Origin: Candidatus Gottesmanbacteria bacterium UBA6580
Lineage (GTDB): Bacteria > Patescibacteriota > Microgenomatia > UBA10105 > UBA927
Reading direction: 5' to 3'
Length of the DNA stretch: 64,000 bases
NCBI GenBank assembly: GCA_002433895.1
Contig: DJJA01000003.1
Location: 447,745-511,744, forward strand
Below are positions 27,770 to 37,100 of the stretch, piece after piece. The notes beneath the pieces are model-generated. The model made no database searches. It saw only the letters and a program-made list of their open reading frames with translations, and had not been told where the DNA came from. Each line of letters begins with the position of its first letter. Within the stretch, counting starts at the first letter, position 1. The position numbers and the translations under genes are program-made.

Positions 27770-28143
27770 CAGGGGAGGATGCGAAGCGCCCCCGTGTTAT
27801 TTGTTTATGGGGAGAATTAGGCAGCGGTAAAACAACATTCGTACAGGGGGTAGCGAAGGAGTTCGGGATTACCACACGATTGCTCTCCCCCACTTTTATT
27901 ATTGTGCGACATTATCAAATTCCAGATAGCACGCGGAGTATCTACCATTTAGATTTATATCGGATTAATCATGAAGAGGATGCAGTCGCTGTCGGTTTTC
28001 CGGATATGATTGCTGACCCTCATGCAATTGTTATTGTCGAATGGCCGGAGCGTTTAGGGAGGTTGCTGCCGGATAACAGGGTAGACATTCGTTGTGAAAC
28101 CCACGATAATGGGCAACATTCGTTTACTATAACGTATGGATAA
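27688..28143 (+). CDS. tsaE: tRNA threonylcarbamoyladenosine (t6A) biosynthesis ATPase TsaE
   Basis: P-loop GELGSGKTTFVQG and the YHLDLYR motif. The N-terminus aligns with YjeE/TsaE, giving an 82-nt overlap with vanZ. Confidence 0.85.
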   Translation: MVLPRTIITKSAEETKKFGEKFGHSFLAGEDAKRPRVICLWGELGSGKTTFVQGVAKEFGITTRLLSPTFIIVRHYQIPDSTRSIYHLDLYRINHEEDAVAVGFPDMIADPHAIVIVEWPERLGRLLPDNRVDIRCETHDNGQHSFTITYG

Positions 28144-28726
28144 ATCACTTAGAGAAGCGGTTACGGTGCTCAACGCGGGTGGGATAGTTATTTATCCCAC
28201 TGATACCGCTTTTGGCATAGGGTGTAGAATTGATAAACCGGAGGGTGTCGACCGACTTTTTCGAATACGCCAGAGACCGCTTACGCAGGCAACACCGGTA
28301 TTAGTATCCTCGATGGAAATGGCACTCGCCCACTTCGATCACCCCGGGGATATTGTGCGACGTTTAATGAAAATATATTGGCCGGGGGCTCTCACGATTG
28401 TTTCGTCAGCCAAAACATCATTATTCTACTCCCCTATCCGCGGCGGCACTGATACCGTGGGTCTCCGTATGCCTGACCATGTGATGGCGTTGTCACTGAT
28501 AAAAGGAGCGGGTGTGCCGATTTTGGGGCCATCCGCGAATTTCCACGGGCATCCCACACCATTTTTTTATAAAGACTTGGATCCTGAACTGATCGCGCTT
28601 GTTGATTATGTGCTCCCCGGGGAGTGTAAGACGGGCGCCGCGTCAACAGTTGTTGATGTCACGACGGTGCCACCAACGATACTGCGTGACGGGGCGGTGA
28701 AGCTCAAAGAGGGGGATTTGGCGTGA
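28136..28726 (+). CDS. tsaC: L-threonylcarbamoyladenylate synthase TsaC/YrdC (Sua5/YciO/YrdC family)
   Basis: VIYPTDTAFGIGC and SANFHGHPTP motifs. Confidence 0.85.
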   Translation: MDKSLREAVTVLNAGGIVIYPTDTAFGIGCRIDKPEGVDRLFRIRQRPLTQATPVLVSSMEMALAHFDHPGDIVRRLMKIYWPGALTIVSSAKTSLFYSPIRGGTDTVGLRMPDHVMALSLIKGAGVPILGPSANFHGHPTPFFYKDLDPELIALVDYVLPGECKTGAASTVVDVTTVPPTILRDGAVKLKEGDLA

Positions 28727-29043
28727 ATAAACAAGCCGCAGTATTACACATAGATACATCAAAAACCCGGGAAGTACGGGTGAGCCTTAATTATGGGGGA
28801 GCGGTGGCGGAGCGGGAAGCAACACATGAAAACACCAAGGCGCAGGAAGTGTTGGCGTTGATTGAAGACCTGTGCCGCGAGCAGCACATCCGGGTTTCCG
28901 ACATTACGGAAATTACGGTAGCCGTTGGCCCCGGATCATTTACCGGCCTCCGTGTCGGTGCCGCAGTGGCAAACACTTTGGGCACGCTTCTTGATGTTCC
29001 CATAAACGGGAAGAAAACCCTTGCTACCCCGGTCTATTCGTGA
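28723..29043 (+). CDS. tsaB: TsaB/YeaZ-like protein, short form (N-terminal half only, 106 aa)
   Basis: GPGSFTGLRVG motif of the TsaB/Kae1 ASKHA N-lobe. The ORF ends where the second lobe would begin. ATGA-coupled to tsaC. Confidence 0.7.
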   Translation: MNKQAAVLHIDTSKTREVRVSLNYGGAVAEREATHENTKAQEVLALIEDLCREQHIRVSDITEITVAVGPGSFTGLRVGAAVANTLGTLLDVPINGKKTLATPVYS

Positions 29044-29106
29044 TACCAATATACATGGTAAATATTCCCCGCCGCTTATATATTTGGTGGGATAAAGGAG
29101 TTATTT

Positions 29107-29694
29107 ATGGCTACAAAGAAAGCAGAAAGCACGTCCCCAAAGAAATCGGCAAATCCTTTGGTTTTTGTAGGCGTTGGATGTCTCGTCCTTTTGGTGTTAT
29201 TGGGTGTCGGAGGCACGATAGTCATGAAGTTTTTCGCCAAAAATATCGGGGAAAACCTCGTCGAAAAGGCTATTGAAAGTAAAACAGGCGTAAAAACCAA
29301 TATTGAAGATTTAGAAAAAGGAAAGATGACATTCACCGACAGTAAAACCGGTGCAACCGTTGACATCGGGTCCAACTCAGTTCCGGAAGATTTCCCGAAG
29401 GACTTTCCTTTGTATAAGGGGGCGAAAGTAACCAGCTCACTTTCCGGGGCACAGGCAGGGAAGAGCAACGGGTATTGGCTGACCATGTCTACTCCGGATG
29501 CCGCCGATAGCGTTGTGAGCTTTTACAAAACGGAGCTTCCAAAAAACGGTTGGACGGTGGAGTCCACATTTGCGGCAAATGAAATGACGAACTTTGGTGT
29601 ATCCAAAGGCACGTGGAAAGGCTCAGTCTCGGCCGGTAAAAACGGTGACGAGGGTGAAACGCAGATTATCATCATACTTGGTGAAGAAGAATAA
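29107..29694 (+). CDS. hypothetical membrane-anchored extracytoplasmic protein
   Basis: One N-terminal TM. AAGGAG RBS 8 nt upstream. No family recognised. Confidence 0.5.
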   Translation: MATKKAESTSPKKSANPLVFVGVGCLVLLVLLGVGGTIVMKFFAKNIGENLVEKAIESKTGVKTNIEDLEKGKMTFTDSKTGATVDIGSNSVPEDFPKDFPLYKGAKVTSSLSGAQAGKSNGYWLTMSTPDAADSVVSFYKTELPKNGWTVESTFAANEMTNFGVSKGTWKGSVSAGKNGDEGETQIIIILGEEE

Positions 29695-29752
29695 CCGTTT
29701 TGGGTGATACCCCCTTGCAGTCGTAGTGGCTTATGATGGAGTATAGATATAT

Positions 29753-30721
29753 ATGCGTTTTTTTCGCATCCTCTATCATTGGCTAGTCCCTCATGAGGGA
29801 AATAACCACCGTGCGAAGGCACTGCATCACGATGCGTTATTCGCGTACGTATTATTACTGTGCGTATTTAATCTCGGTATCCGTTATTTTCACGGGAAAG
29901 CGCCGGATGTATTGGGATACGCCATTGATATTCGGGTAGAGCAGTTATTAGCCGCGACAAATGCGCAACGTGAGGCGGCGGGGTTGCCGCCGCTTAAGCT
30001 CGACAATACATTGTCGGCCGCAGCAGCAGCAAAAGCATCGGACATGTTTGCACATAATTATTGGGCACATAACAGTCCGCTTGGGAAAACACCGTGGGAT
30101 TTTATTATATCCTCGGGATACCAATACACATTAGCTGGCGAGAATTTAGCAAAAAATTTCCAAACGAGTGACGGAGTCGTGAGCGCGTGGATGAACTCTC
30201 CTACGCACAAAGCAAATATTGTGAAAAGTGGCTATAAAGACGTCGGATTTGCGATCGTAAACGGAGTCTTAAACGGCGAAGAAACGACGCTCGTCGTGCA
30301 GATGTTCGGCGCGACCAACGCTGCTCCAGTCGCACAAATTCCGAAAGCCCAGGCAGCCGCACCAGCGCCAGTTGCGTCGCCGGAAGTTGCTTTGGAAGAG
30401 CCAATTACCGTGGTGCCGGCTGAGCCAGCGGCGATAAATGACGAGCCGAAATCCGAACCGGCGATTGCTCTGCTGCCGTCATTTATGTCCAATACCGCAT
30501 TTGAGCGGGTTGTCGCTTCACCCAAGGTCAATATTCCCGGTCTTACCAATACCATGGCCATCATAGTGGTGGGAGTGCTTATAGGACTGTTGGCAGTAGA
30601 CGCATTTGTGGTGAGTAAGCACCGGGTCGTTCGTCTTACGGGACACAATATGGCGCATATATTATTTTTAGGTACGATTATTGTGAGTGGCTTGATGATC
30701 TCACGCGGGAGTCTTATATGA
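29753..30721 (+). CDS. CAP/SCP/PR1-like domain protein with a C-terminal Ala/Pro-rich linker and a TM anchor
   Basis: CAP-domain motifs (HNYWAHNSP, YTLAGENLA, SAWMNSPTHKANI). Confidence 0.7.
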   Translation: MRFFRILYHWLVPHEGNNHRAKALHHDALFAYVLLLCVFNLGIRYFHGKAPDVLGYAIDIRVEQLLAATNAQREAAGLPPLKLDNTLSAAAAAKASDMFAHNYWAHNSPLGKTPWDFIISSGYQYTLAGENLAKNFQTSDGVVSAWMNSPTHKANIVKSGYKDVGFAIVNGVLNGEETTLVVQMFGATNAAPVAQIPKAQAAAPAPVASPEVALEEPITVVPAEPAAINDEPKSEPAIALLPSFMSNTAFERVVASPKVNIPGLTNTMAIIVVGVLIGLLAVDAFVVSKHRVVRLTGHNMAHILFLGTIIVSGLMISRGSLI

Positions 30722-30966
30722 AAAATGGCGCGTTTCTGCATACCATAGTGCTTTTTACCATTCTTTTCGGGGGCGCCTTTACGTTTTGGTTTGCGCGGGG
30801 AAATACCGCGCTGCAGCTTGCTATCGGCGTGGTTACCACCATCGCGTATGTGGCATGGGGAATTATTCATCATAGCCTGAAAGGCGATCTGCACCGCAAG
30901 GTTGTGATAGAATATGTGCTCGTGGGTTTGATAGCCATTGTATTGTTAACGACATTGGCGTTGTAA
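30718..30966 (+). CDS. small integral membrane protein (82 aa, 3 TM)
   Basis: ATGA-coupled to the CAP-domain gene. Confidence 0.45.
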   Translation: MKNGAFLHTIVLFTILFGGAFTFWFARGNTALQLAIGVVTTIAYVAWGIIHHSLKGDLHRKVVIEYVLVGLIAIVLLTTLAL

Positions 30967-30987
30967 CCCGAAAGGAGTAACAAAACT

Positions 30988-31737
30988 ATGAAAGGTGTTA
31001 TACTTGCCGGTGGTCTCGCAACGAGGCTTCGCCCCCTAACCGCCGTAACCAACAAGCATCTTCTGCCGGTCTATAACAAGCCGATGATTTATTACCCGTT
31101 GGAAATGATGAAACGGGTAGGCATGAAAGAGGTGTTGCTCATTACCAGCGGCGGACATGTCGGTGATTTTGCCAACCTCTTATTGTCCGGAGAAGAATTC
31201 GGGCTCAGGCTTTATTATGCGATACAACAAAACCCAACAGGCGGTATTGCGGATGGTCTCAAACTCGCTGAAGAGTTTGCCCAAAAAGAACCTATCCTGG
31301 TGATTTTGGGAGATAACATATTTAATTTTGATCTTACCGCATCACTTAAACGGTTTGAGGATGCCGTCGCGAAGGACAAAAAGGGTGCTATGGTTTTTGG
31401 TGTGCACCGCGAAACGCTCGCGCAACAGTATGGTGTGATAGAGATGGATGCGGAAGGGAAGGTGGTAAGCATTGAAGAAAAGCCGGAGAAACCAAAAAGC
31501 GATATTGCGCAAACGGGTATTTACGTATATGACAACCGGGCATTTGATTTCGTGCGTCAGTTGGTTCCATCAGCACGGGGCCAGTTAGAAGTCACTGATC
31601 TCAATAATATGTATCTCGCGGAGAAATCACTCCGCTGTGAGCTCATTGATTGGTGGGTAGATGCGGGCACGTCTCATGATGAACTATTGCAGGCAAATGT
31701 ACAGGTGGCAGAATTTGTAAAGCAGGGGAAACTCTAA
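30988..31737 (+). CDS. rmlA: glucose-1-phosphate thymidylyltransferase-like sugar nucleotidyltransferase (short form)
   Basis: GGLATRLRPLT ... KHLLPVYNKPMIYYPLE N-terminal nucleotidyltransferase signature. AAAGGAG RBS. Confidence 0.8.
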   Translation: MKGVILAGGLATRLRPLTAVTNKHLLPVYNKPMIYYPLEMMKRVGMKEVLLITSGGHVGDFANLLLSGEEFGLRLYYAIQQNPTGGIADGLKLAEEFAQKEPILVILGDNIFNFDLTASLKRFEDAVAKDKKGAMVFGVHRETLAQQYGVIEMDAEGKVVSIEEKPEKPKSDIAQTGIYVYDNRAFDFVRQLVPSARGQLEVTDLNNMYLAEKSLRCELIDWWVDAGTSHDELLQANVQVAEFVKQGKL

Positions 31738-32753
31738 TGCGTATACTCGTAACAGGAGGAGCCGGGTTTATCGGGGCTAACTTTATCATCTATTGGCTCA
31801 AAAACCACCCTGATGATGAGATCATCAACTTTGATAAACTGACGTACGCCGGTAATCTCGAAAACCTCGCGGCAGTTGACAAAAACCCCCGCTACCGGTT
31901 TATCCAAGGGGATATTTGTGCGGTGGATGCGGTAACATCTGCCATGCAGGGAATTGATACCGTGGTGCATTTTGCCGCAGAAAGCCACGTGGACCGGTCT
32001 ATCCTTGAGGCAGCCCCGTTTGTGATGACCAATGTCGTCGGTACACAGGTGTTGCTGGATGCCGCGCTCAAGGCGAATGTGAAGCGGTTTCACCATGTAT
32101 CAACGGATGAAGTATTCGGCGCGCTTTCATTGGAGACATTAGATAAATTCAACGAGGCTACGCCGTATAATCCGCGGAGCCCATACTCAGCAAGCAAAGC
32201 CGGATCCGATCATTTGGTGCGCGCGTATTACCATACGTTTGGATTGCCGATTACGATCACTAACTGTTCCAACAACTACGGCCCGTACCAATTTCCAGAA
32301 AAACTTATTCCCCTTGCGATCACCAATATTCTTGAAGGCAAAAAAGTGCCGGTATATGGCGATGGGAAATATGTCCGCGATTGGTTGTATGTGGATGACC
32401 ATTGTGAGGCGATCGATGCAGTACTCCAAAACGGTACAGTAGGTGAAACATATTGTGTCGGAGGGGTCACGGAGGATATTAATAATCTGGATATTATTAG
32501 GCTCATTTTAAAGATAATGAATAAAGACGAATCAAGCATTGAGTATGTCACTGACAGGCCGGGGCATGACCGACGTTATGCTGTGGATTGGTCAAAGATC
32601 AAACGGGAGTTGGGGTGGAAGCCAAAAAATGATTTCTATACCTGGCTTATCCAAACAGTTCACTGGTATCAGGAAAACGAAAGCTGGTGGAAGCGGGTGA
32701 AAAGCGGTGCGTATAAAACATACTATGAGAAGCAGTACAAAAACGCAGTATGA
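31737..32753 (+). CDS. rmlB: dTDP-glucose 4,6-dehydratase
   Basis: ILVTGGAGFIGANF, the YSASKAGSDHLV catalytic motif, and the typical C-terminus. 338 aa. Confidence 0.9.
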   Translation: MRILVTGGAGFIGANFIIYWLKNHPDDEIINFDKLTYAGNLENLAAVDKNPRYRFIQGDICAVDAVTSAMQGIDTVVHFAAESHVDRSILEAAPFVMTNVVGTQVLLDAALKANVKRFHHVSTDEVFGALSLETLDKFNEATPYNPRSPYSASKAGSDHLVRAYYHTFGLPITITNCSNNYGPYQFPEKLIPLAITNILEGKKVPVYGDGKYVRDWLYVDDHCEAIDAVLQNGTVGETYCVGGVTEDINNLDIIRLILKIMNKDESSIEYVTDRPGHDRRYAVDWSKIKRELGWKPKNDFYTWLIQTVHWYQENESWWKRVKSGAYKTYYEKQYKNAV

Positions 32754-33646
32754 AATTCATTGGAACCGGACTTTCAGGATTAGTCGGATCTCGGATTGTT
32801 GAACTTCTTTCTCCTAAGCACGCCTTCACGAACTATAGCTTGGAAAATGGGATAGATATCACTGACCGTGAAGGTATTTTATCCCGGATTGCCGGCGAAA
32901 CCGGGGCATCCTGGGTATTACATCTGGCAGCCTATACTAATGTGCAGCAGGCGGAGAAAGACCGGTTGTTGGGTGAAAAAAGCACTGCTTGGAAAGTGAA
33001 TGTGGAGGCGACGCAAAACATTATTGACGCGTGTATAGCGTCTGACAAACGGTTGTTGTATGTCGATACAGACTACGCGTTCGACGGAACCCAAAAAACA
33101 TATAACGAAGATGATACGCCGAATCCACAGGGATGGTATGCCATCACCAAATCAGAAGGAGCCAAGCGCGTACTCGCTATGGGTAAGCAGGGCTTGGTCA
33201 TCCGTATATCCAATCCTTACCGGGCGAATCCGGTGGGTAAGACTGATTTTGCCCATAAAATGCTTGAGCGGCTTATGGCAGGAGAAGCAATTGTTGCTCC
33301 GGTTGATCAGTTGTTTGTGCCGACATTTGTCGACGATATTGCCGCAGGCATCGATGCTCTTACTTCAGGTAATGCAACGGGTATTTACCATGTGGTGGGA
33401 AGCGAGGCGATTTCGCCGTTTGACGCGGCGCGTGCGGTTGCACGTACGTTTGGATTCAATGAGGGCTTAGTAAAAGAAACGTCATTTGCCGCGTATTTTT
33501 CCGGGCGGGCGCCGGTGCCGCAGTACGCGGTGCTTACCAATAACAAAATCCGGGCGCTGGGAGTTGACCTGAGAGGATTTAATGACGGTATCGCGGAAGT
33601 AAAAAAACAGGAAATTTCCGCACCAAAAACTACGGAGCAACACTGA
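32750..33646 (+). CDS. rmlD: dTDP-4-dehydrorhamnose reductase family protein (RmlD-like)
   Basis: RmlD_sub_bind pattern (YVDTDYAFDG, YAITKSEGA). ATGA-coupled to rmlB. Confidence 0.75.
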   Translation: MKFIGTGLSGLVGSRIVELLSPKHAFTNYSLENGIDITDREGILSRIAGETGASWVLHLAAYTNVQQAEKDRLLGEKSTAWKVNVEATQNIIDACIASDKRLLYVDTDYAFDGTQKTYNEDDTPNPQGWYAITKSEGAKRVLAMGKQGLVIRISNPYRANPVGKTDFAHKMLERLMAGEAIVAPVDQLFVPTFVDDIAAGIDALTSGNATGIYHVVGSEAISPFDAARAVARTFGFNEGLVKETSFAAYFSGRAPVPQYAVLTNNKIRALGVDLRGFNDGIAEVKKQEISAPKTTEQH

Positions 33647-33698
33647 AAGTATCCGTATTCTGTACAGGCACTCTTTTTTTTCGTATACTAACAAGATT

Positions 33699-34994
33699 AT
33701 GACTATTTCTTTTATCGGTCATGGTTATGTGGGTCTCGTGACCGCCGCAGTATTTGCGGACTTAGGGAATACGGTATGGGTGGTAGGCCGCACGAAAGAA
33801 AAAATAGAGCGTCTTAAAAAAGGCGACCCTCTGATTTACGAGCCCGGGCTGGAAGAGTTGCTGAAGCGAAACCTCGCCGCAGGAAGACTGAAATTTACTC
33901 TCGATTATAAGGAAGCCGTCGTCGCGTCAGAAGTGGTGTTTATTGCCGTCGGGACGCCATCAAAAGTAAATGGCGAGGCTGATCTGAGCCAAGTATTTGC
34001 CGCAGCTGAAGAAATCGGTAAATCATTGGTGGGATACAAAGTAGTGGTGACCAAAAGCACCGTGCCGCCCGGAACCGGCAAAAAAGTTGCCCAGATTATC
34101 GAACGGGTGCATCCTGCGGGGTCTTCATTTGCGATCGCATCGGCGCCGGAGTTTTTGCGTGAGGGTACAGGCCTATCGGACACGCTTCACCCTGACCGGG
34201 TGGTTATCGGCACTAACTCCGATAGAGCGCGGGATATACTGGTTGAGCTGCATAAGCCGATCGACGGGAAAAAAGTGCTCTGTAATGTAGAAACGGCGGA
34301 GCTTATCAAATACGCGTCAAACTCCATGTTGGCCACCAAGATTTCATTTGCCAATGCTATTTCGTTTTTGGCAGAGAAGGTTGGTGCTGATGTGGAACGC
34401 GTCCTTGAGGGAGTTGGTCTTGACAACCGGATCGGGAGAAGTTTTCTTTACCCCGGAGTTGGATATGGCGGGAGCTGTTTTCCTAAAGATGTGAAAGCCT
34501 TAATCGCGATAGCGCACGAATATAAATATGACTTTACCCTGCTTAAAGCAGTCCACGAAATAAATATGGAGGCAAGGGAGAATTTTGTTAAAAAAATAGT
34601 ATCGCATTTCGGTTCACTGAAAGGAAAACGGATTGCTGTCCTTGGTCTTGCCTTTAAGCCGGATACCGATGACATGCGGGAAGCGCCGTCACTGGATATT
34701 ATTTCATCGCTTATCGATAAAGGAGCTGAGATTGTCGCGTTTGATCCCATCGCCATGAAAAAAGCGAAGGATAAGCTCCCGAAGTCGGTAGGCTTTGCAT
34801 CTGACCCGTATGATGCGGCAAAAGGGGCCGACGCAGTGGCGATTATTACCGAGTGGAACGAGTTCCGGCAAATTGATCTCGTGCGTCTAGCCAAAGGCAT
34901 GAAACATTTGGTATTATTCGATGGGAGAAATATTTATGAACCCACCAAAGTGCGGGAGCTAGGGTTCATGTATTACGGTGTTGGTAGAATGTAA
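33699..34994 (+). CDS. ugd: UDP-glucose 6-dehydrogenase (UDP-glucose/GDP-mannose dehydrogenase family)
   Basis: N-terminal GxGYVG Rossmann motif, GGSCFPKD catalytic Cys motif, and a C-terminal UDP-binding domain. Confidence 0.9.
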   Translation: MTISFIGHGYVGLVTAAVFADLGNTVWVVGRTKEKIERLKKGDPLIYEPGLEELLKRNLAAGRLKFTLDYKEAVVASEVVFIAVGTPSKVNGEADLSQVFAAAEEIGKSLVGYKVVVTKSTVPPGTGKKVAQIIERVHPAGSSFAIASAPEFLREGTGLSDTLHPDRVVIGTNSDRARDILVELHKPIDGKKVLCNVETAELIKYASNSMLATKISFANAISFLAEKVGADVERVLEGVGLDNRIGRSFLYPGVGYGGSCFPKDVKALIAIAHEYKYDFTLLKAVHEINMEARENFVKKIVSHFGSLKGKRIAVLGLAFKPDTDDMREAPSLDIISSLIDKGAEIVAFDPIAMKKAKDKLPKSVGFASDPYDAAKGADAVAIITEWNEFRQIDLVRLAKGMKHLVLFDGRNIYEPTKVRELGFMYYGVGRM

Positions 34995-35016
34995 TAATTT
35001 TTTTAAGGAGGAAAAT

Positions 35017-35973
35017 ATGGCTAAAAAAGCATTGATCACTGGTATTGCAGGTTTTGTCGGCAGTCATATGGCAGAGCTTTTGCTTTCCAAAGGTTTTGAA
35101 GTATATGGACTGAGCCGCTCACGAAGCAAAATGGATCATATCGAGTCTATTAAATCCCAGCTTCAGCTGGAAGACGCGGATTTGCTCGATAGCCACAGTC
35201 TGTATACGACGATCAATAAGATCAAACCGGATTATATATTCCATCTTGCTGCACAGTCATTTGTGCCGACCTCATGGGGGTCACCCGCAGTAACGCTTGA
35301 AGTAAACATCGTGGGAAGTGCGAACGTCTTTGAAGCGGTCCGTCAAGTCGGCATTGATCCCGTTATCCAAATTGCCTGTTCTTCCGAAGAATACGGATTA
35401 GTGTACGAAAACGAAATCCCCATTAAAGAAACAAACCCGTTGCGCCCGCTTTCACCATACGCGGTAAGTAAGCTGGCAATGGATTATTTGGGATACCAGT
35501 ATTACGAATCATATAAGATGCGTATTATCAGAACGCGCGGATTTAATCATACCGGTCCGCGGCGCGGCGATACGTTCGCGGAATCGACATTCGCGAAGCA
35601 AATAGCGCTTATTGAGAAGGGTAAGCAGGAGCCGGTTATCTATGTCGGTAATCTGGAGGCATCACGCGACTATACGGATGTCCGCGACATGGTAAAAGCG
35701 TATCTTTTGGCAGTAGAAAAATGTGATCCGGGCGAAGTGTACAACATTGCAACCGGCACAACCATCAAGATTTCTGACGTCTTAAAAATGATGTTGGGGA
35801 TGAGTAAGGTGAAAGTGGAAATTAAGGAAGATCCAAAGAGGATGAGACCTTCAGATGTCCCCATTCTTATTGGTGACAACACGAAGTTTGTTGAAAAAAC
35901 CGGATGGAAGCCTGAAGTGCCCTTCACCAAGACTGCTGAGGACCTTCTCAACTACTGGAGAGAGCGAGTGTAA
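35017..35973 (+). CDS. GDP-mannose 4,6-dehydratase/Rmd-like NAD-dependent epimerase-dehydratase
   Basis: GIAGFVG, SPYAVSK, FNHTGPRRGDTF, RDYTDVRD and DPKRMRPSDV align with the Gmd/Rmd subfamily. AAGGAGG RBS. Confidence 0.8.
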   Translation: MAKKALITGIAGFVGSHMAELLLSKGFEVYGLSRSRSKMDHIESIKSQLQLEDADLLDSHSLYTTINKIKPDYIFHLAAQSFVPTSWGSPAVTLEVNIVGSANVFEAVRQVGIDPVIQIACSSEEYGLVYENEIPIKETNPLRPLSPYAVSKLAMDYLGYQYYESYKMRIIRTRGFNHTGPRRGDTFAESTFAKQIALIEKGKQEPVIYVGNLEASRDYTDVRDMVKAYLLAVEKCDPGEVYNIATGTTIKISDVLKMMLGMSKVKVEIKEDPKRMRPSDVPILIGDNTKFVEKTGWKPEVPFTKTAEDLLNYWRERV

Positions 35974-37100
35974 TGGTCTCTGCCAATATGAAAGCAGTTA
36001 TAATCCTCCCGACGTATAACGAGCGGGAAAACATTAAAGCCATGCTCACAAAGCTTGTGAGCGTGACCCGTCTCATAAAAGGATACACATTTACGTATCT
36101 TATCGTGGATGACACATCTCCTGACGGTACGCAGGATGTTGTGAATGAATTTGCCAAAAGCAACCCTCAGGTAAAAATTCTAAGCGGGCAAAAAGAAGGA
36201 TTAGGTAAAGCATTACTTCGTGGTATGACGTATGCCATCGATACATTAGGTGCCGACGTTATCGCCCAGATGGATGCGGACTTGTCACATGACCCTGAGC
36301 GTTTGCCAGAGTTTTTCAAAAAAATATCCGAGGGTGATGATTTTGTGGTCGGAAGCAGATATATACATGGCGGATCCATACCGGAAAACTGGGGTATACA
36401 CCGGAAGATTTTCAGCGTCGTCGGAAACGCGATCGTGCGGTTCGGACTAGGATTTCCATATGTGCATGATTGGACCGGCGGGTATCGGGTATTTAAGAAA
36501 GAGTATTTCGAAAAATCCAAAGCGAAGGTATCCCGTTATAGCGGTTACGTGTATCAGATAGCATTTCTTCACAATGCCATAATTGAGGGTGCGCGTGTCG
36601 GCGAAGTTCCTATCCATTTTACCGATCGAAGATACGGCAGGTCAAAGATAGCGCCGCTGCAGTATATTCGGAATGTATTTATGTATGTCGGAACAGCGAG
36701 GGCAAAACAACTCCGTCATGGCCCGTTTGCGAAATTTGCCGTCGTCGGCAGTGTTGGGTTTGTCATAAACACTACGATATTAGAGCTTATGGTGGGCAAT
36801 GGGTTTCATCCCGCTATGGGAAGCGCCATCGGGGCCGAATGTGCAATCATTTCTAATTTTTTCTTTAACAACAACTGGACGTTCAGGGGGAAACGGATTC
36901 AGGGCCTCCGGGTGATCCCCAAATTTTTGCAGTTTAACGCAACAAGTATTGGCGCCCTGCTTATTCAGTCTGGAACTGTAGCGCTCGGCACGGCACTGTT
37001 CGGAGTTTCTCTGTACCGGTGGTTTTATCTTCTTGGGGTCGGCATCGGACTCGTATGGAACTACACGATGTATTCGAAAGTCATCTGGAAGAATAAATAA
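35973..37100 (+). CDS. GT2 polyprenol-phosphate sugar (mannose/glucose) synthase with a C-terminal GtrA-like 4-TM domain
   Basis: IILPTYNEREN ... DDTSPDGT ... QMDADLSHDP (Dpm1-like DxD) plus a GtrA-type tail. Confidence 0.85.
   Translation: MVSANMKAVIILPTYNERENIKAMLTKLVSVTRLIKGYTFTYLIVDDTSPDGTQDVVNEFAKSNPQVKILSGQKEGLGKALLRGMTYAIDTLGADVIAQMDADLSHDPERLPEFFKKISEGDDFVVGSRYIHGGSIPENWGIHRKIFSVVGNAIVRFGLGFPYVHDWTGGYRVFKKEYFEKSKAKVSRYSGYVYQIAFLHNAIIEGARVGEVPIHFTDRRYGRSKIAPLQYIRNVFMYVGTARAKQLRHGPFAKFAVVGSVGFVINTTILELMVGNGFHPAMGSAIGAECAIISNFFFNNNWTFRGKRIQGLRVIPKFLQFNATSIGALLIQSGTVALGTALFGVSLYRWFYLLGVGIGLVWNYTMYSKVIWKNK

Noticed and set aside
30232-30894. 220-aa minus-strand ORF antisense to the CAP-domain gene
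   Set aside because: Lies in the Ala/Pro-rich linker region of the + strand gene, where the antisense frame stays open by composition.
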